Part shown: one piece after another, positions 12,204 to 26,530 of the stretch
Layout of the letters: each line of letters starts with the position of its first letter
Position numbering within the stretch: position 1 is the stretch's first letter
Source: Halocafeteria seosinensis
Lineage: Eukaryota
Direction of reading: 5' to 3'
Length of the DNA stretch: 64,000 nt
Assembly: GCA_001687465.1 (NCBI GenBank)
Contig: LVLI01000098.1
Coordinates: forward strand, 62,001 to 126,000
Program-made: the position numbers and the translations under genes
The notes under the pieces: model-generated
Database searches by the model: none
The model's input: only the letters and a program-made list of their open reading frames with translations
What the model was told of the DNA's origin: nothing

Positions 12204-15200
12204 ATGTCTTCGGAGGAGGAAGAGGAGCAATATACTCCTATTTCACAAGAGGAATTGGAGGCTTCCACGGAAGCAAATACGTCCACAACTGAAAGTGCCC
12301 ATGTTTCTCACGCCACAGCGACTCCTCAAGTGGGTAGTACTACCGATATGTCTCACCTGGAACGTGGTGTAGAAAGTGAAAATGCGTCGGAGGACGGGGA
12401 TGAGGCGCCACAAGAAGGCGAATCTGGTGCTTATCACAGCTCATCTGCCTCTATTGAACAAGGTGCCCATACCATGCAGACTGCCACCACAAGCGCAATG
12501 AGTACTCCCCATGGAGGGAACGGGGAGCAAGAGGAAAGTGTGGAAATCGCAAGCTACGGGGAAGAAACAAGTGGCGTGAGCACTTCAACTGGAGAGAGTG
12601 AAACGTCTGCATCTTCATCCTTTGAGGAAGATGAGCGAGAGGAAGCTTCACGTACCTCTACCGCAGCCTCGGATACTGCAGCCGCGTCTTCAGATGGTCA
12701 GGCAGACATCGCGCAGAGTGAGAGTGGTGACACGGCGGCTGCACCGCTGTCTGACGAACCGTCAGTAACCACCACAGAAATGGAAAGTGATACTCATGCG
12801 TCCAATGAGCAAGAACATGCCTCACCGGCTGTCGCCCCAGGATCTTCAGGTGGTCAGGCAGACACCACGCAGAGTGGTAGTGGTGATACTACTGCTGCCC
12901 CACAGTCTGCTGGACCGACAGTAACCACCACAGAAGTGGACCTTGATACGCATGTGTCCAATAAGCAAGAGCATTCCTCATCGACTGCCGCAACAGGGTC
13001 TTCGGATGAGAATAATGACGTCTCCCACGTCCCTCAAGCAGAAGAACAGCGGGACAATGAGCCGTTAGTAGGTCAAGGAAATGCCTTATCCCCTGGATCG
13101 TCTGGAGAGCACGAGGATGCATCGATTAAAACCCGCCAAATGCAGGAAGATAATTCGTCTCCTATGGAAGGAGACCGGTCAGAGGAAGGCACCCATGTCA
13201 CCAGTGACGAACAGAGCGGGCAAAGGCCCGAGGGACTGCAACATAACCCTTCAGAACCATTGAAAGAAAGCACTTCATGTTCTCAGAGTGATTCAGAAGC
13301 TCGTGTTAGGAATGGCGATTCAGAGGATCAAACTGACGCAGAGGAAGCACCAGTACGTCATAGCCGTGAAGCGGGCCATACAGAGTCAGTGGATACTTCC
13401 TCACATAATGTATTAGACGATACTCCAACTAGTGAAAAAGCTAGTGAGTATACTGAGAACGCGTCTAAGAATGACGGTACCGGAGGAAGAGCTGCTTTAT
13501 CTGAGAGTTCGGTGTTCACTGGTGGCACCACGTCCATCCCCGTGAGGAATGGAAATGACGTGGTGGAAGGGGAAAACAACAGGGAAGCAGCAGCTCAAGA
13601 TACGCCACATTCTCACGCGACGACGCTACCGAAAGCGGCCTCTACAGTTACCACGAAAGCGGAAGAAGCACATGAACTACCTGAAAATCAAGACAGTGCG
13701 AAAGCCGCCGCTTCTAGGGATAATAGCACGTATGACATCGATAGACACAGTGCCGATGTCGATGTCTCAAGTGCACCCTCCACTTCGACTACTACACGTC
13801 ACCTGGAACGCTCCGAGGTGTATGGTTTAAACGGGGCCAATAAATCCATGTCTCTAACGAAGAACACAAACGAGCATCCTCATCATAATGGGAATAGACG
13901 TCGTCAAATAATGCCAGAGACTGGTGGAGTAGCTTCATATCATTTGCAGCCGCAAGCAAGGCAGTATGTCGATACTGAGGAAGCAAAACATGCCGATCTT
14001 AATGCTGCTGGAGAATCGTCCTCAAATACTACGGCTAGCCACCATGCAGCAGGAGAGGGAGAAACCACAACGTCACCTATTGAAAGTGGTACCTTCAGGG
14101 ACACTGATTTGGATAATGTGGATAGAAGTAGCAGCGAGAGCAGTGTAGTGTCAACCCCTACTCATTCGACGACGGTGCGCCGCTCATCTGTTGACACCTC
14201 CGCCGCTGGGACCCGCAGGGCTAGTCTCGGGCTTGCGAGCTCTGCCATTTCGTTTGGGGATCCATTAGTTGTGAAACATTCTGCTACAGAGGCTAAAACA
14301 GACAGGGAAGCCTATAAACCTTGGTCTCTAATCTGGTGTGAAGATGGTGTGCTCGCTTCCGTAAACGAGAATGATAGCTTACCCAGTCAAACAGTTCTGA
14401 ATAAGTTCAGTGACCGACAACTATTAGCTAGAGCACGATCAGCGACTCCGAGCTTTTCGTTCCCGGTAAAGGTTGTCAAGGCTGGTTTTCTTCGTACTTC
14501 GCGCTCTGCTGCCATTTGCCGGATCACATCTTGTGGCGTTGAGTTAAACAAACCCACATCACAGATAAATAAGAGTCTATCGACGAACTGGTTTGAAGAT
14601 ACTCTGAAGGTGCGATCGAGCGCTGTCTCGAAATTGTCTGCAAGATTTAACGCGCCGCCATGCGTTCCTGGTGTCAAAGCATTTGACAAGATATCCACGC
14701 ATTTGGAGGTTCCAGCCTATTCGGTCGTTTCTTCATCGGATACTGTTGAATTCCTGCTTAAGCACGAGACAAAGCGATCCCAGATGAAAAATTTGTCTCG
14801 TAAGATTGCCTCGCAGTCTTTCCAGTCGCTAGACACAATGTATCCATGGTGGAGGATAGCTAAGGTGGAGGGACCATCGATTCATATCGATGCGAAACAG
14901 GCCCCGTCGTTGGAACTGCTGTGCTTCCCCACTGATTATTTGAAGGAACTTCAAAAGTTTAAAGATCTCTTGCTGAATCAACTCCAGTATAATGTGAGCG
15001 AGTGCCGAGATAGGAGAGCAAGTATTCGAGAGAAGTGGGACCTAGCTCTCAAACACCCCGTCGAGAGCCTTCTTTCATTTCTGTCGGAAGCTACAGTCCT
15101 TTGTTGGGCTGAAAAGATTGCTAATCCGAATACGCCATTTGATGTCAGTCCCCCCGCTAATTTTCCACGACCCTCGGGTCTAGAAAGAAAGAGGACTCTC

Positions 15201-18200
15201 GAATTTGAGTCTGTTGCCGCTGCGTTGTCTTTCAAGGAGCACTATTTGAGGTGAGTTTACATTTTTGCTATTCAATTGTGTGGCTTAATCATCGTCATTT
15301 TTGTTCTTCAGGGAGAAGGAGAAGAAGTTGGTAGGATGCTTCTATCACAGCTCAGTCTCTTTGGACGAGCTCTTCGGAGAACTGGAGAAGTCCGTTTCTT
15401 CGTCTTGCTGGATGAATCGGCATCCCATACCCTTACCTCTTCCTGTGAATCCAACCATATCCGGGAGAAAAGGGCCACGTTACACTCCTATCCGCGTCCA
15501 GGAATCAGCCTTGTTTGCTACAAGTCGAAGCACTCAACTTTCTGACAAGCTTCCCATCGCTCTCCAAGGATATGGGGCTAAGCAGGAAACGATGTATGTG
15601 GGGGCTACAGATTTAATATCTTTTGAAAGGGTCATTGGAGACTCAGTTGACCGCTTCGACTTTGAACGCCTTTCTGTTTTGGAAATCGACGCCATGGTCC
15701 GTCTCAAGTCGATGAGAAATGCTCTTGTTCTGCTTCGCTCGGACCCGGAGTCGCTTTCCATGGGTGCAGTTTCAGTTGCAGCTGCACGAAGGCAAAAACT
15801 AGCAGATCCACAACTAACCAGTCTGGATACTATTCCTTTTGGAGGAAGCAAAGCGACAGTGTTATTCTTTCCTTTTGAGCAAATTGACGGGTTTATGGAT
15901 TCACTTAGCTCCTGTTGCTATTCGAGCTACGGGGTTCAAATTCCTGAGATTCAGACTGATAGTTTGCTTGATTTGTACAATGCGTTCTCCGTAAGTGAAG
16001 GGCGAGGATTTCAGCGGGTTGGTAGCAGCGAAATGTCGGAATTACTAAAGTCATTCTTCCATAATGATTGCTTCTGTAGACGTGTATCTACCAGCTCAAT
16101 GCTGTTGGCGACGTCCGTTGTCTGCAGCGCGTTGTGTAACCGAAAACGAGCTTCTGGAAACCTATTTGATGATTTAGACGGGGTGATTATGGCCGGTGGC
16201 GACGCCCTTTCCTCATATCGCAACTTTGAGGAGATCCTAGCCGCCACAAAGTCTCGGGATGACGTTGAACGATGCATCCCTCGTAAAACGCGTCGCAGTT
16301 CGGGCGAGGCGATTATAGAGGTAGATGTAGGCAACGGTACCTTTTCTCAGTGGTCCCCTTATGTGCAAAGTGTATTTGAGGTATGGAAGTTACATTCGCA
16401 CATTTTTAGTCAGTTGGACGACCAAGGAGAGAACCAGAAGCGTGCTTATGCATCCCTTCAACCTGAAAACGTGAGAGCACTGTGCGATGAAATTCCTCGT
16501 CGATCCCGGCGTCTAGTGCCTGCCATGGTCTTTACAGGGGACACCAGTGACCATGGGGCCGAGAATAGTGATCTACGTATGACTTCTCGCTACTCCACGT
16601 ATGCAGCGGTATCACCTTGTTTGATTTCTGTTTCTGCGACACATTTGCTCGAGTTCGACTATGTCCCGGTTACCGGGAACAAAGTAGCGCTAGTTCTCAC
16701 AACTTGCGTTCCACTGGAACGTATTAAATCTATCGTTCGCCCTGACGCGCCGCTCGTTGAAACCGATCCCGGCCCAGTACATGCCTCCGTTGCGTCTGAG
16801 CCGTTTGTTGCATCCCAAATGGGGTTGCAATGGTCTGATGCCAGCTCTCTACAAGGCTCCCTAGCTACCCACTTTCCTTTGATGTATGAAGCAGAGGGAT
16901 TTGCTACCTTAACGCCGAAACAACAAGAAGAGTTGTGTACTTGGACTGCAAGATTGATGCAACCTTTGTCTAATGAAGGGGCGCTAGGTGGGTCGACTTA
17001 CCTGTTTTCAGACGGCTTGTGGGGACGTAGGACGTCGCGCTGGTTGCCCCATAAGAGCTTTTCGACATTTTCTGGTTTTGATGACGTATCCTGCTGTGGT
17101 TTGTACATTGAAGAGGACTCGCATTCGTTCCGAAATACCAAAACGCTTTCCACCACTGAAGCAATGAACATATTTACTCACGGCCTACTGAGCGCACAGA
17201 GAAACCTCGAATCCTCAATGGCATGCCGGGCTCCCGTTTCGTTGCCTCTTTCAGCGAATGCTCTACTAGCTTCCTCCTTACAAGAGAGTTGCGGACATGC
17301 TAACTTGGATATGTCTCCGGCCAGCAGTCGTAAGAAGAGCTTGTCTGCCAACATTGCGAGCTCGTCACCCGCTTCTTTTTTGGCTGACCTGAATGAGGAT
17401 TCTTCTAATATTTGTGACCCTGCTTTTCGAGAGGCGATGTTCGCTTGCTGCTTAGCCGACGGTACTATTTCGGAATGGAAACTGAACGGTTACAGATTGA
17501 TGTCTGATTCGAGCGCATTTTCATCCGAGCATCCTATGTTGGGCAAGTTCCTAAGAAGCACATCCACTGCTATGGACTCTTTAAAAGGGCCAATCGCGTC
17601 TGGGAAAGCTACGGCCCTCTGTCTATCTAAGCCTTTACACGAACAACCGGACAATTATACTAAGGGTGCTATTTTGAACTCCGTCGCTACCAACGTCGCA
17701 AGTGCTGAGGGTGTTGACAAGTTATGGAAAACAAGTGACTACGTTCGGAAGCTTATCCATAAAAACCAGCCGGCAAAACCTAATAGTAAGGAGAGGCCCG
17801 GCAAGCTAAGACTGCACACACCCAATGTAATTGAAGAAATTGGTACAACGGCTCCGGGGCTAAAGTACCATATCGTGTCATGTTCGGACAGTGGAGAAGC
17901 TCACAATCGTATGTTCGTTTCTCCCGAATATATCAACTATAATTCGGCTAGCTCCGCCGATTTTGTTGGGTTTGATCAAAAGCAGAACACCGGTGAAACT
18001 GTAGACTACTCCTCCGTTGTAGAGCTAATGAAGTCCTTGAGTTGGCAGACCGCGGTCTGTCCATATTCGAGGAGTAATGGGCTAGCAGATGAACTATCGG
18101 AGGTCCTCGAAAACTGGGAGGACAAACTACCCACAGCTCAAGTCGTCGAAGGAGTTGTCGATAGCCTGCTGCTCTGTAGCGACCGAACGCAGACGACTCT

Positions 18201-21200
18201 CGTTGATCCTTTGCTTCGGATTTTGACAGCTTGTTACGGAAGACTCAGCGATCCTCACTCTCATCAAGGATGCAGACTAACTGACATCTTTATCGTCCAA
18301 AAAGAACTGTGTTCTTATTCTAAAGCCAGTGATCAAATCGCCGTGGATCTCATGACACTGTTGCAAGAGGGCTGCGTGAAGAGCTTCAAATCGTGGGAGG
18401 ATGCTTTTTTTTGTAATACATCCGTGGAAAATGTTGCAGACTTGTTGGTAAAAGCGACTACCCTCTTGGAAGCCATTACTCTATCTGAAGAAGGGTACGA
18501 AGAATTACGCAAGCGGTCATCTAAATACCTAAAACACTCCAGCAATCTTGTAAAGAGCTCCTTGTCCTTACACAAGGAGGATGGGGTCGTAGCAGGTGGT
18601 AGACCTTCAATTGAGTTTCTTACCTTGCTCAAGTGCATTCTGTGCGCAAGATATCCCGCCAGAGACGGTCAAAAGGTATCTCTGAAGCTCAATGTGAGCA
18701 AGGATTCGCCAGACGACCACATACTTACGGGACACGATGATCTTTACATCAACTCTGATAGCTCCGCATTGGTTGAAGATCATTGGGATCCTACGTTGAT
18801 TGGCCACTCTGCTCCCATCCAAAGCTTCACTTTACGAAAAAGCGAGATAGCCGCAAGGGAGGCACTAGTGAAGCACTTAGATATTTCCCAAATCATTGCC
18901 GACTACATTTCGGTCATGTTTGAAAAAGAAGTCGCTGTAGGGAGCGACCACATGGAGTTGCTGAGATGTGCGTTCGAGATGTTTGCGGAGGGTCTCTGTC
19001 AGCGGTCAACTAATCTTCAGCAGACTCCAATCTCTTCCTGTCTCCAGGAACTCTTTTCAGGTGGTCATTCGAAACAGTTAGACCAAAACAAGCTGTTCCG
19101 CTTGTGGCAATTTGTAGTAGTACAGATTGCTGAGCTGCTCTTAAGAAGTACTTTTACGGATTTGCTAGCCAGTTATGCCGAGTTTGCCGTGGGAGTGGCG
19201 AACTATCTGTACACCCTGAATGAGCCCTTGCTCTGGGCTGAAGCTCAGGAGCAGTGTATGCAAAGTGGGCTTCTCCATGCGATATTGAGGTATCTTCTGG
19301 ACCCGTATGCACCGCTTCAATCACACGGTTGTGGTCGGCATTCCCTCTTAAGACTGCTTCGCGTGCTGTGTCGTCAGTCAATAAATATAAAGCATTTACT
19401 ATATCGTTTGTTCCCCGGAGATTTGCTGCCGCATCCTGTTTGGAGAGAAGTACGAAACGATACTGGTCACATCATCGGTTACGCATCTGCGAAGTCTCCT
19501 GTATCCCATATGGATTGGGAAAGTATTGACCATGGCTTTGCTGGTGAATTGGAGTACCATCTCTATGCAACAAAGCGAAAAATGGCAACGACAACCACGA
19601 TCAGCCATAAACGCTACCATGCTCAGAAGGCTGAGGGAACTCTTGCATGGAAGCAGCCCGGATTGTCTGTTTGGCTAGCAGAGCAGATATATAAAATCAG
19701 CGAAGAGCATGTCGGAAAGGAGGCGGAAAGGGTCTCAGAAGTGTTTGATAAGGGCTTACAAATTACCAATTTGAGCAAGTCCAATTTTGGATCAACTAAG
19801 ACTATTCCTGTGGGTGACTCATGTTTGATGATCGATTGGCTCTCCAGTCCACTTAATTATGCTCGTTCCTCCGTCCCGCTGTGGTCATCTTCTTGGTGTT
19901 ACAGCGTGTTTCAGCAGTTGCTTGGGTACTTGACCCGTGTTGAAGCGGGCGAACCTCCTGCGAACATGTCTTTCGGAGCAGACTTTTGTTCCTGTTCTTA
20001 TCCAATTTATGAATCTGAATCATGCACTGTGGCTCCCCTAAATGTCTCAGGAGTCAACATTTTAAAGATTCTTCGATTCTTTTGGCTGTCGTCTGATGTC
20101 CGTCGAAAGGCTGACATGTTCAGAGTACTGTTAAAGAATGTAGAGGTTTTCAATGGGCAGATTCGCGCCTCATGGGAAGCATACCAACGCCTCCACTCCT
20201 GCTGCCGGCACGATACCGACTACCTGGAATCGGTTCTACAACGGCGCATGCTGCTTGTGTGGCTTCGAATCGCGATACAAGTATTGTCTTGGAACGATAG
20301 CTCCCTTAATCGTGTACAATCTAGTGTCGAAAGGGCCGTTGCTGTGAGTTCGTGGCAGCATATGCTATTATTCCGTGAGGTCGTCAACGACAAAGATAGT
20401 GTCCCCTTGTCTACTTCTACTTGTTTGAGATTTGTTTTGAAGCGAACCACTAATTGGTCTAGCACAGATACTCAACAGAACGCAGAGGCGTCCGAAGCTC
20501 AGGCCGTCGCGCCGCCGGCAGAAGAGGAGGAGGGCAACCAGGAGTATCTCCCACGTAATGGTCATGGCGAAAGCATATTAGACGTACGGGATGGCTTGAA
20601 TGGTGACTTCCGGTGCGCGTTGGATCAGTTCTCCCAGGAGGAGATCGTACCTGCAGGCTTGGCAGAATTGTCGCTCGCGCTCCACGACATTGGTACACAA
20701 AATACGGTGAACCTTACATTTCAAGATAGCTCCTTGAAGGAAGAGCGTCCAGAGTCGGACGACTTGTGCTTCAGCATTTCAGCATCATCTAATGTAGTCG
20801 GTTATGGATATGAAATCGCATGTTGGCTTTGGCAACATACTGAAGACAATTTGCCTGAGCCATGGCATCCTCCGGAGCAAGCAATGCTGCAATACCTGGC
20901 GAAAGGAACGTTGCCGAGAGAGCTCGTAGATGCGCACATGCTGGTTCATTTGAAAGACGAATCAATTCCGCAACTAGCTGCATCAATAGTTCACATTCAA
21001 TCGAGGCTCCCCAAAAACGTTCATACTGATGATTTTGAAGGACTGAAGATGCAACTGGTGGAAATCTGCGAGCAGCTCCTGGTGTGTGACGCGGGGATCT
21101 TTTCGGTAGCAGACATGAAGCGCTTCTTCTGCTCTGACGGGCTAAATGTCCTCGTGCAATTACTACACTGCGCAGTCACATGCTCGACTCTATCCCCCTT

Positions 21201-22281
21201 GCTCCCATCGCAGTCAGCTACTCGTTTCCCAAGCGCCGGCTTGGCTTCGGTCAAGTCAATTCCGTGGAGAACTTCAGCACAGAGAGCTGCAGCTCACGGT
21301 TTGCATTTGGTCAATATCATAATGATATTGCTAAATAAATTCATCTCCTTCTCTGATTTCCCCGCGGTCTGTTGTGACCAGGAAGTGGCACTCTTTTTTT
21401 CGCAGCTTCTATCTTCCGCTGGACAGCAGTTCGTCTCCGAATTGTGTTATGTACTGACCGTTCACAATGAAGTTCTCAAGAAGATTGGTGTGAAAAGGCC
21501 TGAAGCTGCAGAGCTGGCGAGTATTATTCGTGGCCAAGTTTTTGCATTCAATGACCTTTGTTCTGCGTTTTTCTTCCGACTGCTACGATTCTGTGGAACA
21601 CGACCTTCCGACAGTATACAAACTGTTGAACTATTGGAGCACGTGGAAGTGCTTAGCAAGTCAGTACATCCATACACCGACGAAATCATATCCGTGGGGT
21701 CCTTGTTTCTTCACAGATATGCTCGGGGAAATGAAATCAGCTCAGCCCATGACAGCTCCTCAAGTTTCTCATTGATCAGCGTTCGTTGGGGTGCAATCAT
21801 ATATGGATGCAGAAGCTTGAAGAACGAATTTTGTTCAACTTTACCCGCAGTGGCGGGAATAGAGGACATCTTCTTCTTTGGATGTCGCTGGAGAGAAAGC
21901 CTAAGTAATCTGCTAGGGACGGTGGATGATATATGCTGCAGAGTGGAGTCGTTGACCTTGGGCTCTTTGAAGTGCCTGGCAAGGACGACCGCAACCCAGA
22001 CGAGAGCGCCTTCCTCCGCTCCAAGATCTCGCAAACCAGCAACCAAGAGCGCCACCTTGCCGCGCTCTTTCCACACAAGCGCGTATTCTGAGTCTCTTGC
22101 TACCGCGCCAGATTCGGTAGATGATGAGATGCCACACAGACGTAGAAGGCCGCCTCGTCGAGCCGCGGCACCGGTCGTTGCCCGCACTATGGCAGCACCT
22201 AGCAGTGATACTGAAAGCGATCCAGAGTTTGAGGTGGACTCTCCAGATGCACTTGAGCGCACTCACGATGTTGAACAGTAA
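12204..22281 (+). CDS. Giant (~3300 aa) divergent RME-8/DNAJC13-like protein with acidic disordered N-terminus (2 exons)
   Basis: ORFs 12204-15254 and 15301-22281 join in frame through intron 15251-15311 (AG|gtgagt...ttcag|G). VSATHLLEFD...PLERIKSIV, QEQCMQSGLLHAIL...KHLLYRLFPGDLL and SDGLNVLVQLL resemble RME-8 segments (LTETCLVERD...PL; QELALSEGAL...LLKRILPPGLL; SNGIRILVDLL). Confidence 0.55.
12687..13008 (+). repeat. Intragenic 156-bp (52-aa) imperfect tandem repeat, 2 copies plus start of a third
   Basis: tcttcag(a/g)tggtcaggcagaca occurs at 12687 and 12843, and tcttcggatg at 12999. The peptide SSxGQADxxQSxSGDTxAAPxS..VTTTExxxDTHxSNxQEHxS is repeated. Confidence 0.9.
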
Positions 22282-23492
22282 CACTGACATGTGTCTTGAA
22301 TGATGTCATTGTGGAATTCGAGTACTCACCAATGTTAGTTCGCAGAATCACCGATCCTCAAGAGCCTAAATGCTACTGAACAGAACAGATAGCATAAATT
22401 TGTTGTAATGGCTCTTGAAGAAACCCCAATTGCCTTTTTCCTTCGGTGTCTGCTTATGCCTACTTTTTATGCTGTCGTTTAAGACCTAGATGATCAGAGC
22501 TTATTGGCAAGTTCCTTCTGTGTGATTCGCATATACAGCATCACTTCATGCTATTCAAATGCTTGTTAGGCCTGTTGGATTTGCTGACGCAGTCGTGGTA
22601 GTACAACCAACCAGAACACACTTTCTGTTCTACCCGAGGCTGAGTAACCACAGACCACTCTTGTGTGCATGCAAAACAGTAACTCGTATTACGTTGCTAC
22701 AAATCTTCTGCTAAGACGCCTTGTATGAAGTTCTACAGAGTCCTCCTAGTGTTTGTCAACTGTCAGTAGCACAACCACGAGATGTATACTGGTTAATCAA
22801 TATACGTTTATATTTTGTTAAATTATTAAATTTGATAAATCGTCGTCGGGAGGTATACTGCTTGCCAGTGTTCGAATGAGTCGCGGAGTAGTGTGCGCTC
22901 CCGGAGAACCATTCTTTTGAGTACCGGGTACCACAGTAGTACAAGTTGTACAATTGTGCATCAATTGCGCAACCTCAAATTTAAACGCTTTGACAACTTG
23001 CATCAAGCTTGTCCACGAATTACGTTTTCCATACGAATTTGCTGTGGCCTCCACGCCGTTGTTCTGAATTCTCCGAGAACATGCGTGCGGAACTTCTATG
23101 GAATTCGTGTGGATCTGTTGTTGTTCGCATATACGACCACACGAACCGAAGATTTTGCTCCTGCGTATATCTGCACTTTCTATACATTTATCCGGATGTG
23201 GCTAAGTCTGTCTTTACTCTGATGGAAGGCTGTGGTGCAATAGGGTGGCACAATCCACACCCTGGGGTGTATGGGATCGCAGCTGCGGAAGACGGAAGTT
23301 ACAGCTGGAAGGCATTACTCTACACGGCGAGATCACGTGCTTACCCTTCCACCCAGAACTAGTTTGGTTGATCATCTGGATTGTGCAATGCTATGTCGTT
23401 GCGATTTTTGATACCTTTTGTTGCTCCACTGGCAGTTTCAAATTGATTTGTGTAAGCACTGGTGTGGGCCGAAGGATTAAAGGATCACAATC

Positions 23493-26108
23493 ATGTCTAT
23501 GCGAACTGGCGAGAACTTGCACGCCCTTTCCGTGGTGCAAGAGAACATGGAGTATAAGTACGTAATCTATCCGTCCTCTGATATATTTTAAACATTGCAC
23601 ATGTGGCTAATGAACCAAATTGTTTCCTCAATACAGCACTATTGCAGAAGATGGTAAGCCGCCACTCCGGAACAAGGTGTTTTGCCGCTGTTGCTCCGGT
23701 GTTGCTCCGGTACCAACGTTCACGATTTTGGCACCGCAGATGATGAAAGTTTAACCAAAGAAAACTCAGGGAAACAACAGGCCTCGGGAATTAAACATGA
23801 ACTCGCGTATGTGTCAATGACATGAAGGGTTCTCAGGGACGTTAGCAATTCGACAAATTGGATGAGTGTGACTCATTTGCAGACCTTCCCAGTTTTCCCT
23901 CAACGTCATAAAAGCTGTTGTTGGAGCGGGGTCGTTTAGTTTACCTTTTGCGTTCTATCAAAATGGCATCGTTATGTCGGTCATCATGCTCTGCATCCTC
24001 TCTGCACTCAGTGTTTACACGGGGGCATTATTGAACTATGTGGATCGACGGCTTTCAGCCAGGTATGGAAAAGAGAGAGGGAAGTCGGATCTGACGTATC
24101 CGGACCTGGCTGAGTACATATTTCCTGACGTAACCTGTTCTTACGTTGGCCTGTGCAAGTGCTTCCGAAGACGCCGGCGTGCAGATGCAGGAACGCTGCC
24201 AGATAAAGAAAGTCTACTGGAAACTAATGACAAATCAGTGAATCAATTAACGGAATACCTTCGCGCTGAAAACGAAACGGGGTCGGGTCGAGCTCCATCT
24301 GGTGAAAAGGAAGCCACAACAGAAATGTTTACCGGACATACAAGCACCAACAAGCAGGTTGCAAGATCGGTCTCAGCACAGCCTCAGATGGAGTTGGCAA
24401 AATCAAGTGTACCGAAAGTTCCAAGCCAGGCAATGAATGGGGCCCGATCTTATAGTACGGCAAAAGCTCCGGTAATATATCAGCAAAGGTCGCTCTCTAC
24501 AGAAAGGAGACGAGAAATTTTTCAAGATGCAGCGTTTACGCTCACGGGACGCCAGGCATCATCGACGGATGGTTCTAGCTTGTCCGCTTCTCAGCGGCAT
24601 TCGTTGGTTCCTCCGGAGATGTTCGAAAACACTAAAGATACAGTGCTTCGCCCGAGAACAAAGACGGACGAGCAAGGTGTGCCAGCGAGTATGCCTCGGC
24701 CTACTGGTGCTCAACTGTGCTGCTACAATTGCATAAAGCCGTTCATTGCGTGCGTTCTCAAGCTGCTTGGAGCTCTTCCGAGCGGATGCTGCACCCAAAG
24801 TGTGAGAGAGCCTGCCAAGACTAGGCGAAATTGTGGAGCTGGGTGTTCCAGTACGTGGTGCTGCTGCGGAGACTCGTATCTGGATTCACAAGATGATGCC
24901 AACTTCTTCAGCGTTGTCGTATACTCGGGTTTCGTGGCCACCTCCCTTGGGGGATGCGCAGCATATGTGGATTTCATTTCGTCAACGCTTCCTACGATTG
25001 TTAGTGGAATTGACCAATTTCAGGCTTCGCTCATCGCATTTCCGGTTCTGCTTGCGATGGCGTTACTTCGATCTTTAAGAATCTTGGCATTTAGTAAGTA
25101 TCACAAAGTACAGCATCTGTCGTCAAGATTCCCACGAACACGGCAAAACATCGGCCCTTGTTTGTGATACTGCAGCCAGCATTGTCGGTAACATCTCAGT
25201 AACTGCTGGATTAGTTACTGTACTTGTTTCTGGGTTCCTAAATAATGGATTGGGAATGCCACCTCTATGGGGAAGCGTACAAGGTTTCTTCCGCTTCTTT
25301 GGATCAGTTGCTTTTCTCTTTGCAGTCCACATCGTCTTTTATCCCGTGATGCAATCCTTGAAAGATCGGTCAAACTTTGTGCCTACGATGCAAGTTACTT
25401 ATACCATTGTGACAGTAAGCATTTTTTCCGATTTGATTTTCCCGCATTTATGGGTTACTCGCGCTCCTTGGCGACTCAGGTAGCTAATGGGGTCTTCGGC
25501 GGTCTCTGTATCGCTCTGTTTGGAAACGATACCCAGCCAAATGTAGTCGAGAATATGGAAGGAAGTATTTATACTACTGTCGTTAAGGTGGTTCTCTGTG
25601 CTGACTTGCTCTTCACCGTTCCGATTGTGCTGGCTGCATCGCGATCACTTCTGGAGGACTCAATCGTTCCTTCGTTTCCTGAAGAATGCGATACCCATGT
25701 CCGTAACATTCTGCGAGTATGTACAACTCCGGCTCATGTACCAGTTCCAGCGTTCCCTGAAGTGCTTTACTTCTGTCCAATACAGATAATACTTACTGTA
25801 ATCGTAGCGACGATTTACTTGGCTATTCCTTCCTTTTCCGATTTGGTTACATTGATCGGTGGGGTACGTCTTGTATTGAGGAACGAACATTGCAACTTTC
25901 AGACGTCACTCCAAATTTCCTACAGGTAGTAAATTGTCTCATGGGGTTCATTTTGCCCAGCGTTTTCTATATGAGACTGAAGCACATTGATGGCGAGCTC
26001 ACTGTCGGGTCACTGGTTGGTCATAGCTGTATCGTAGTGGTTGGGATTATTGCAGCGGGAGCCAGTCTAGTTGTTACATTAATTAGCATAGTCGAAACAC
26101 ATAGCTGA
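23493..26108 (+). CDS. Amino acid transporter, AAAP/Aa_trans (SLC36/AVT-like), tandem copy 1
   Basis: NVIKAVVGAGSFSLPFAF TM1 signature, TYPDL, LRSLRILAF and FFGSVAFLFAVH motifs, ~11 TM segments. Multi-exon: first exon MSMRTGENLHALSVVQENMEY, followed by a 17-nt micro-exon at 23637-23653. Confidence 0.9.
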
Positions 26109-26530
26109 AGTCTCTCCCTCCAGACACGTATCCATTTACCACCAGGTACGATAAACAATCACAAATAGCAGTTGCGAAATGTCAACCCGTTGACGTGTAT
26201 CATACACGGTGTATGTCCCGTGTTTCGTACTAGCAAGTGGTACCTTCGCGAAGATATACTCACTGTTAGTACCACTTCACCCTCAATGGGCTGGGTGTTC
26301 GATAATCATGATGACTCGAAGTGGGGACGCTAGCCCGCAACAAATGACAAGCGGTGACAGTCTGTCATAATTCATTGATCAGAGTGAATTGTCTCCTGTG
26401 TTTAAATACAACTACATGGCTGAATTGAGCACTTTATAATCATCATCCCTTGGTGCGAGTTTTGGTTGGATCCATAGACCATCGAAGCTACCCTGCACGT
26501 ATCTTGGGATTCCCAGAGAGCTCTCGAACC

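Noticed and set aside
14387..22303. Numerous antisense or alternative-frame ORFs within long genes (e.g. 21711-22262 minus)
   Set aside because: Shadow ORFs of the real coding strand with no independent motifs.
23222..23565. Ankyrin-like 'CPW' pseudogene (LARTCTPFPWCKRTW)
   Set aside because: That peptide is an alternative frame of transporter exon 1, whose true frame is confirmed by the paralog.
23689..23711. tgttgctccgg tandem duplication
   Set aside because: Trivial intronic slippage repeat.
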